41,260 nucleotides of DNA from an uncultured Gammaproteobacteria bacterium (GTDB lineage: Bacteria; Patescibacteriota; Microgenomatia; CAYGWK01), in NCBI GenBank assembly GCA_964487495.1, contig CAZAPL010000008.1:1-41260 (forward strand). Reading direction: 5' to 3'. Shown in pieces: positions 35,208-41,260 of this stretch (the stretch's first letter is position 1; every line of letters begins with the position of its first letter). The translations under genes and the position numbers were made by a program. The notes beneath the pieces were generated by a model. It was not told the origin of the DNA. It saw only the letters and a program-made list of their open reading frames with translations, and made no database searches.

Positions 35208-35238
35208 CTTTCTTAATTAAATTTAAAATTTTCTATTA

Positions 35239-35267
35239 TTGACAATATTTTTTCCCTGTTATATTAT
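35239..35267 (+). promoter_or_regulatory. Sigma70 promoter upstream of greA
   Basis: TTGACA, 17 nt, TATTAT. Confidence 0.65.
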
Positions 35268-35349
35268 TTTTTCTTAAGGCAGAAGGCAAATTTTTATTTC
35301 CCATAAATTCCACCCAAAGAGGTGATTTTTTGTTTTGGGGTAAAAAATT

Positions 35350-35817
35350 ATGGATGAAGAAAAGGTTTATTTAACTCGCGAAGGATTAGAAAGTCTTAAA
35401 AAAGAATACGAAATTTTAACGAAAGTTAGAAGGCCGTTGGCGGTAGAAAGATTAGCCGCCACACGAATTGTGGGAGAAATGACCGAGAACAGTGATTATA
35501 CTCAAGCAAAGCAGGATCTTTCTTTTATCGATGGTAGAATTTCCGAATTGGAAGAGGTATTAGGGAGAGCGGTTTTAATAGAAGAAGATAGGGGAAAACA
35601 TAAACAGATTGGAATTGGTTGTAAGGTAACTGTTGAAATTAATGGCGAAAAAAAGGTATTTCATTTAGTAGGCGAATGGGAAGCAGATCCAGTTAAACAG
35701 AAAATTTCTTATAATTCTCCTCTTGGTCGGTCTTTATTAGGAAAAAAGGTTGGAGATAAGGTAGAAGTTGAAGTGCCTGCCGGGAAATTAGTTTATACTA
35801 TTCTTCAAATCGATTAA
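35350..35817 (+). CDS. greA: Transcription elongation factor GreA
   Basis: LTREG, GEMTENSDY (GDLSENAEY equivalent), EADP...ISYNSPLGRSL, VPAG. Confidence 0.93.
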   Translation: MDEEKVYLTREGLESLKKEYEILTKVRRPLAVERLAATRIVGEMTENSDYTQAKQDLSFIDGRISELEEVLGRAVLIEEDRGKHKQIGIGCKVTVEINGEKKVFHLVGEWEADPVKQKISYNSPLGRSLLGKKVGDKVEVEVPAGKLVYTILQID

Positions 35818-35842
35818 ATTTTGTGTTAAAATTCTTTCAGTT

Positions 35843-37303
35843 ATGCCGGCAAGATTGGTTAGTTTAAGGGCAAAGCGTATTTCCAAACTTAAGGAAATCC
35901 GTGCCTTAGGGGTTAATCCCTATCCTTCAGTCTCAAGGAGAACTCATTCTGCTTCTTCTGCCAAAGAGATGCTTGATAGAGAAGTTCGGGTTGCCGGTCG
36001 GATTTTTTCCTGGCGGGAACATGGTGGTTCTATTTTTGCAGATTTAAAAGACGAATCAGGGAAAATTCAAATTTTTTTTAAAAGGGATGTTTTAGGTAAG
36101 GAAAGATATGATTTTTTAAAACTTTTGGATATTGGTGATTTTTTAGAGGTCGAAGGTAAAGTTTTTAAAACTTATGCAGGAGAATTAACTGTTTTGGTTT
36201 CTGATTTTACCCTTCTGACTAAATCACTCCGTCCACTTCCTTCGAAATGGTATGGATTAAAAGATGTTGAGGAGCGTTTTCGTCGTCGATATCTTGATTT
36301 AATTATGAATCCTGAGGTTAGGGAAATGTTTATTAAGAAGAGCAGGTTTTGGTCTTCGATAAGAGAATATTTGACAAATCAGGGTTTTTTGGAGGTGGAA
36401 ACGCCAGTTCTTGAGGCTGTTCCAGGAGGGGCAGATGCCAGACCCTTTATTACCCATCATTATGCTTTAGATACTGATTTTTATCTTCGGATTTCTTTAG
36501 AACTTCATTTGAAAAGATTAATTGTTGGTGGGTTTGAGAAAATTTTTGAAATTGGTCGGGTTTTTCGTAATGAAGGTATAGATGCGGAACACCTTCAGGA
36601 TTACACCCAAATGGAATTTTATTGGGCTTATGCTAATTATGAAGATTTAATGGATTTTTTGGAGGACTTTTATAGATATGTAATCGAAAAGACAATTGGC
36701 GGTTTAAAAAGTAAAAAAGAAGGAAAGGAGATTAACTGGGGGAAGAAATGGGAGAGGATAGATTATTCCCAGATTTTTTGGGAGATTGTAAAAATTAATC
36801 CTCTTAAAGCAGGACGGGAAGAACTTCTTAAAAAAGCAAAAGAATTAAAACTTAAACCCGAGGAATTTTTAGGCAAGGGGCGGTTGATGGATTTGATTTA
36901 TAAAAAGACAATTAGGCCAAGGATAATTGGGCCAGCATTTTTGATAAATTTACCGGTTGAGGTTTCTCCTTTAGCCAAAAGAATTCCCGATAATCCTAAT
37001 TTAACAGAAAGAATTTTGGTATTGGCTGGAGGAACAGAATTAGGGAATGGTTTTTCAGAACTTAATGATCCGTTGGATCAAAAAGAGCGTTTTGAGGAAC
37101 AGCAAAAACTTCGTGAAGCCGGAGATGAAGAGGCACAAATGTATGATAAGGATTTTATTGAGGCTTTAGAATATGGAATGCCTCCTACTGCCGGTTTTGG
37201 CTTAAGTGAAAGATTATTTTCGTTTTTAATGAATAAACCAATTAGAGAGTGTGTCTTTTTCCCTTTAATGAAAAAAAGATCAGGGAGGAAAAGAAATGAT
37301 TAA
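35843..37303 (+). CDS. lysS: Lysine--tRNA ligase (class II)
   Basis: RFRRRYLDL, GGADARPF, YLRISLELHLKRL, FRNEG, YGMPPTAGFG. Confidence 0.97.
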   Translation: MPARLVSLRAKRISKLKEIRALGVNPYPSVSRRTHSASSAKEMLDREVRVAGRIFSWREHGGSIFADLKDESGKIQIFFKRDVLGKERYDFLKLLDIGDFLEVEGKVFKTYAGELTVLVSDFTLLTKSLRPLPSKWYGLKDVEERFRRRYLDLIMNPEVREMFIKKSRFWSSIREYLTNQGFLEVETPVLEAVPGGADARPFITHHYALDTDFYLRISLELHLKRLIVGGFEKIFEIGRVFRNEGIDAEHLQDYTQMEFYWAYANYEDLMDFLEDFYRYVIEKTIGGLKSKKEGKEINWGKKWERIDYSQIFWEIVKINPLKAGREELLKKAKELKLKPEEFLGKGRLMDLIYKKTIRPRIIGPAFLINLPVEVSPLAKRIPDNPNLTERILVLAGGTELGNGFSELNDPLDQKERFEEQQKLREAGDEEAQMYDKDFIEALEYGMPPTAGFGLSERLFSFLMNKPIRECVFFPLMKKRSGRKRND

Positions 37304-37880
37304 TCGTCAAGAGGCCTTAGAATTTTTAGAAAAAAAGGTTGAAAACAAAAACATTTTAAAGCATATGTTGGCCTGCGAAGAATTAATGGGAGAAATTTAT
37401 GAATCTTTAAAGCAGAAAAATGAGAAAGATTTAGGGGGAACAAAAGAAGAATGGATGATGGCAGGTCTTCTTCACGATGGAGATTATTGTTTAGATGTTC
37501 CTCCGGAAAAACAGGGAGTTCAAATAACCCAGTGGCTTAAGGAGGAAGGTTTTGATGTTCCAGAGAATGTAGCCCGGGCAATGGCTTCCCATAATCACTT
37601 GACAGGGACGACCCCTGTCAGCAAGATGGATTGGGCTCTTTTTTGTGGTGATAGTTTAACGGGATTAATTGTGGCGGCAACTTTGGTTTTACCAAGTCGA
37701 AAGATAACTGATTTAACGGTAGAAAATGTTTTAAACCGTTTTAAAGAAAAGTCCTTTGCTCGAGGAACGCGCCGGGAAGATATTGCTTTGTGTAAGGAAA
37801 AATTGGGTTTAGAACTTAAGGAATTTATAGAAATTGGTCTTAGGGCAATGCAGAAAATAAGTTCTGTTCTTGGTTTATAG
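37296..37880 (+). CDS. HD/HDIG domain phosphohydrolase
   Basis: KHMLA, GLLHDGD, ASHN, DSLTGLI, FKEKSFARG. Confidence 0.88.
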   Translation: MINRQEALEFLEKKVENKNILKHMLACEELMGEIYESLKQKNEKDLGGTKEEWMMAGLLHDGDYCLDVPPEKQGVQITQWLKEEGFDVPENVARAMASHNHLTGTTPVSKMDWALFCGDSLTGLIVAATLVLPSRKITDLTVENVLNRFKEKSFARGTRREDIALCKEKLGLELKEFIEIGLRAMQKISSVLGL

Positions 37881-37890
37881 ATTAATTTAA

Positions 37891-38403
37891 ATGAAATCAA
37901 GTCTTGAAATAGAAAAGTTGAGAAAAAAAGATGTGCTAAATTTTTATCGATTTGTTAAAAATTTCATACTAAATGAATACGAAAACTATTCTTCTTTAAT
38001 AAGGCATTTTTATTGGCGTCATTTTTGGAATAAAAAGAAAATAGAAAAATATTTAAAAGATAAAGATTCAATATTGATGGTTGCTAAGGAAGGAGGGAAA
38101 ATAATTGGTTTTTTAAAGGGGTTTGTTGATTATGGTGGCGCTGCTTGGATTAATTGGTTGGGGGTAGAAAAGGAATTTAGAAAGAAGGGGATTGGCACCT
38201 CTCTTTTAGAAGAAACGGAAAAATTTTTTAAGAGTCGTCTTTGTCATTTTATTCAGTGGTGCACAGAAAGGACGAGCTTAGTTAATTTTTGTAAGAAAAG
38301 AGAGTGGCATTTAATTGGTTTGCAAAAGGAATCGTGGTGTGGCCAAGATGAGTACTTACTGCAAAAAAATATTGATAAGCCTCACTTTGAACTTTGGAAA
38401 TGA
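37891..38403 (+). CDS. GNAT family N-acetyltransferase
   Basis: WLGVEKEFRKKGIGTSLL acetyl-CoA motif. Confidence 0.88.
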   Translation: MKSSLEIEKLRKKDVLNFYRFVKNFILNEYENYSSLIRHFYWRHFWNKKKIEKYLKDKDSILMVAKEGGKIIGFLKGFVDYGGAAWINWLGVEKEFRKKGIGTSLLEETEKFFKSRLCHFIQWCTERTSLVNFCKKREWHLIGLQKESWCGQDEYLLQKNIDKPHFELWK

Positions 38404-38420
38404 AGATGTAATTAAGCCGT

Positions 38421-39728
38421 ATGCTTGACCTAAATTTTATTAGAGAAAATCCTCAAGAAGTAAAAAGGGGGATTAAAAAAAGAGGTTATAATCCGGAAAT
38501 TGTTGATCGAGTTTTAAAGGTTGATGAAACCCGGAGGCAACTTATTGGAGAAATTGAGAAATTGAGAGCAGAAAGGAATAAATTAGGGCCAAAAGATATT
38601 GAAAAAGGAAGAAAAATTAAAGAAATTCTTCAAAGGCTGGGACCAGATCTGCGGGCAGTCGAAGAAGAGTTAAAAAATCTTTTATACGAAATTCCTAATC
38701 TTCCCTCGGTTGATACTCCTTTAGGAAAAAGTGAGACAGATAATTTGGAATTGAGGGTATGGCTACCGGGGAAGGGTTACTTAGCAAAAGAGAAAATCGG
38801 TAGAGGGTGGAAATCAGTCGAATTTATGCCTCGTTTTGAGGGGAAAGATCATGTAGAATTGGGAGAAACTTTAGATATTTTAGATATTAAACAAGCAGGG
38901 AAGGTTGCGGGAAGTCGTTTTGTTTATTTGAAAAAAGAGGCAGCGATTTTACAGTTTGCTATTTTTGAATTTTTAAAAGATCGACTTTTGAAAGAGAGAT
39001 TTATACCAATGGTGGTTCCCTTACTGGTTAAGGATTGGGTTTTGTATGGTACTAGTCATTTTCCTCAGGGTAAAGACCAAGTATATAAAATAAAAGAGGA
39101 AAATGTAGAAGGTAAAGAAAGTTTGAATTTGGTTGGTTCTTCAGAGGCACCACTGTTTGCCTATTTTGCTGACCGAGTCTTTAAAGAGGAAGATTTGCCA
39201 ATTAAAGTAATGGCTTATACCTCCTGTTTTCGTTCTGAGGCCGGAAGTTGGGGAAAGGATGTTCGAGGAATGAAAAGGGTTCATCAATTTGATAAGTTGG
39301 AAATTGATGTAGTTTGTGCTCCTTGGCAGTCTGAGGAGATTCTGGAGTATTTAGTGGGAATTAATGAATGGTTTTTGCAATCTCTAAAACTTCCCTATCG
39401 GGTTTGGCAAAAGTGTAGTGCGGATATGGGTTATCATGCTTCGGCTAAACAATACGATGTCGAGGTTTGGTTACCGGTAAGCGGCGAGTACATGGAAACA
39501 ATGTCGGCAACTAACACCACCGACTATCAGGCAAGAAGAATGAATATAAAGTTTATTAACAAAAATAGAGAAAAGCAGTTTTGTCATACAGTTAATGATA
39601 CGGGAGTGGCTATGGGGAGAATTTTGATTGCCATTTTGGAAAATTATCAGCAAAAAGACGGCTCGCTTTTAGTACCCGAGGTTTTACAAAAATATTGTGG
39701 ATTTAAAAAAATTTCTCCCCAAAAGTAA
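38421..39728 (+). CDS. serS: Serine--tRNA ligase
   Basis: MLDLNFIRENP, CFRSEAGS.GKD.RG..RVHQFDKLE, TDYQARR, ILENYQQKDG. Confidence 0.97.
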   Translation: MLDLNFIRENPQEVKRGIKKRGYNPEIVDRVLKVDETRRQLIGEIEKLRAERNKLGPKDIEKGRKIKEILQRLGPDLRAVEEELKNLLYEIPNLPSVDTPLGKSETDNLELRVWLPGKGYLAKEKIGRGWKSVEFMPRFEGKDHVELGETLDILDIKQAGKVAGSRFVYLKKEAAILQFAIFEFLKDRLLKERFIPMVVPLLVKDWVLYGTSHFPQGKDQVYKIKEENVEGKESLNLVGSSEAPLFAYFADRVFKEEDLPIKVMAYTSCFRSEAGSWGKDVRGMKRVHQFDKLEIDVVCAPWQSEEILEYLVGINEWFLQSLKLPYRVWQKCSADMGYHASAKQYDVEVWLPVSGEYMETMSATNTTDYQARRMNIKFINKNREKQFCHTVNDTGVAMGRILIAILENYQQKDGSLLVPEVLQKYCGFKKISPQK

Positions 39729-39732
39729 ATTT

Positions 39733-41010
39733 TTATTTTTCAACATAAAGAAAGCCCTTTTTAAAGTTTTTAATTTTTGCTTTTATCAATTCTCCTTGTT
39801 GAATTTTCCTCCCTTTAATTTTTATTGGAAAAGAATTTTCAGCAATCCCCTTCCAAAAATTGTTATTGATTTTATTGAAAATAAGACAGTTTAGAATTTT
39901 TCCTTTTAAATTATTTGCAATTTCTTTTTTTATTTTTTCAGTTTCTTTCCGGATGATTTTAGATCTTCTTCTTTTTATTTCTTTAGGCATGTCTTGCCAT
40001 TCCCCTTTTTTTATTTTTTCAAATGCTAATGTTTTAGGTCTTGGGGAAAAGGGAAAAACATGGGCAAAAGCAATTTTTATTTTTTTAATTAATTGAATTG
40101 TTTTTTTTAAATCCTCTTCTGTTTCGGTAGGGAAACCAACAATGATGTCCGCCCTTAAAACAAATTCCGGTCTCTTTTGTTTAATTAATTGAATCGACTT
40201 GTTTAATTGATTGAAGTTGAGTTTTCTCCCCATATCTCTTAAAACTTTTAAGGATCCAGATTGAAGAGAAAGATGGAGGAAAGGAGAAAGACGATTTTCT
40301 TGGGCAAAAAATCTGGTAAATTTTTCATCTAAAATTTCAGGGTCAAGGGAAGAAAGAGTAATTTTGGGGACAGAGGTTTTTTCGAGAAGATATTTTAAAA
40401 GATCCAAAAGATTTTTTTGGGGTTTTAGATCCCTGCCCCATTGGGAAATTGCCGTGCCGACTAAAATTGCCTCCTTAATTTTTGTTTTTAATTGATTTAT
40501 TTCTTCCGCTATTTTTTCTTCAGGAATGCTTTTTGATTTCCCTCTTACAAAAGGAACAATACAATAACTGCATCTATGATTGCAACCTTCTTGAATTTTA
40601 ATTAGGGCTCGACCAACTTGTTCAAATTTTGTTTGAAAATTTACGGGGGGAGAGGGTTTAAGAGGAAATTTTTCTTTTAAAATTTTATCTATCTTCTCTT
40701 TTTCTTTATTTGAAAGATAAAGATTTGCCTTTGGAAGATCTATTATTTTTTTTATTTTGGCCTCACCCCCACAGCCAATTACTACCAAAAAGGCGTTTGG
40801 ATATTTTCTTTTAAATTGTTTAATAATTCTTCTAGTTTCGTTTTCTGCCTTCTTGGTTACTATGCAGGTATTGACAATAATGACATCTGGGCTGGAGGAA
40901 GACTTCGCTATTTTAAATCCGGATTTGATTAGGTCTTTTTGGATATTTTCAATTTCTGCTTGATTAGTGCGACAGCCCAAAAATAAAGTTTTAAAAGTTT
41001 TTGTTTTCAT
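39733..41010 (-). CDS. mtaB: MiaB/MtaB family radical SAM tRNA methylthiotransferase
   Basis: LGCRTNQAE, NTCIVT, IQEGCNHRCSYC, IIVGFPTET, HVFPFSPRP. Confidence 0.85.
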   Translation of the reverse strand: MKTKTFKTLFLGCRTNQAEIENIQKDLIKSGFKIAKSSSSPDVIIVNTCIVTKKAENETRRIIKQFKRKYPNAFLVVIGCGGEAKIKKIIDLPKANLYLSNKEKEKIDKILKEKFPLKPSPPVNFQTKFEQVGRALIKIQEGCNHRCSYCIVPFVRGKSKSIPEEKIAEEINQLKTKIKEAILVGTAISQWGRDLKPQKNLLDLLKYLLEKTSVPKITLSSLDPEILDEKFTRFFAQENRLSPFLHLSLQSGSLKVLRDMGRKLNFNQLNKSIQLIKQKRPEFVLRADIIVGFPTETEEDLKKTIQLIKKIKIAFAHVFPFSPRPKTLAFEKIKKGEWQDMPKEIKRRRSKIIRKETEKIKKEIANNLKGKILNCLIFNKINNNFWKGIAENSFPIKIKGRKIQQGELIKAKIKNFKKGFLYVEK

Positions 41011-41042
41011 CTATCTGAATGATTTTATCATATAATTAGATT

Positions 41043-41260
41043 GTGGATATTAAATTTTGGCTGAAAAAATTTTTTAGGGGATACACTATTTTGGAAGAAA
41101 CTTTTTCTCCAATAAATGGGAGAATTCAGGTTTTAGAGGATTTTTTAGGAAGAAGAAGATTGTTAGCAGGAGGAATAACTCAGTCGGGAGAAATAGTTGA
41201 GGAAATTTGGGGACAGGCGTTTAAATCAATTAGGAGTTTGAAAGTTAGTCGTTGTTTGAT
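41043..41260 (+). CDS. Partial CDS, probable spermidine-synthase-like methyltransferase
   Basis: GTG start; MDIKFWLKK...SPINGRIQV...LLAGGITQSG...SRCL, open at the window edge. Confidence 0.55.
   Translation, partial: MDIKFWLKKFFRGYTILEETFSPINGRIQVLEDFLGRRRLLAGGITQSGEIVEEIWGQAFKSIRSLKVSRCL

Noticed and set aside
4438-40963. Many short ORFs overlapping long genes (e.g. 6614, 7958, 10245, 12249, 20585, 22074, 32033, 37595, 39860)
   Set aside because: Shadow frames of well-supported genes with no motifs or start signals.

Overview
AT-rich bacterial chromosomal segment. Its gene content and style point to Patescibacteria/CPR, probably Microgenomates (inference: GAD-less AspRS, short Rel, DUF4446/DUF3048, and -10 boxes abutting start codons with few Shine-Dalgarno motifs). 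The backbone is housekeeping: miaA, rnpB, uppP, rsmH, comM, secDF, rsmA-like, cca, recJ, rel, aspS, gltX, lon, greA, lysS, serS, mtaB, tRNA-Gln and tRNA-Glu. Six kinds of unusual structure are embedded in it. (1) Three single-gene cassettes, two RAYT-type HUH Y1 transposases and one TrpR/YerC-like gene, are each bracketed by their own private repeat family. (2) miaA carries two in-frame heptamer tandem-repeat tracts. (3) A three-gene orphan surface-protein operon includes a VanW-like + lytic transglycosylase-like + HExxH lipoprotein and a Pro/Thr-rich protein with a Chloroflexota-like YLPxxxR motif. (4) An unannotated leader-peptide/terminator/antiterminator attenuator precedes an orphan gene. 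(5) A variant CIRCE overlaps the lon promoter. (6) The RNase P RNA contains REP-like hairpins. All calls come from reading the sequence by eye; no database searches were run.
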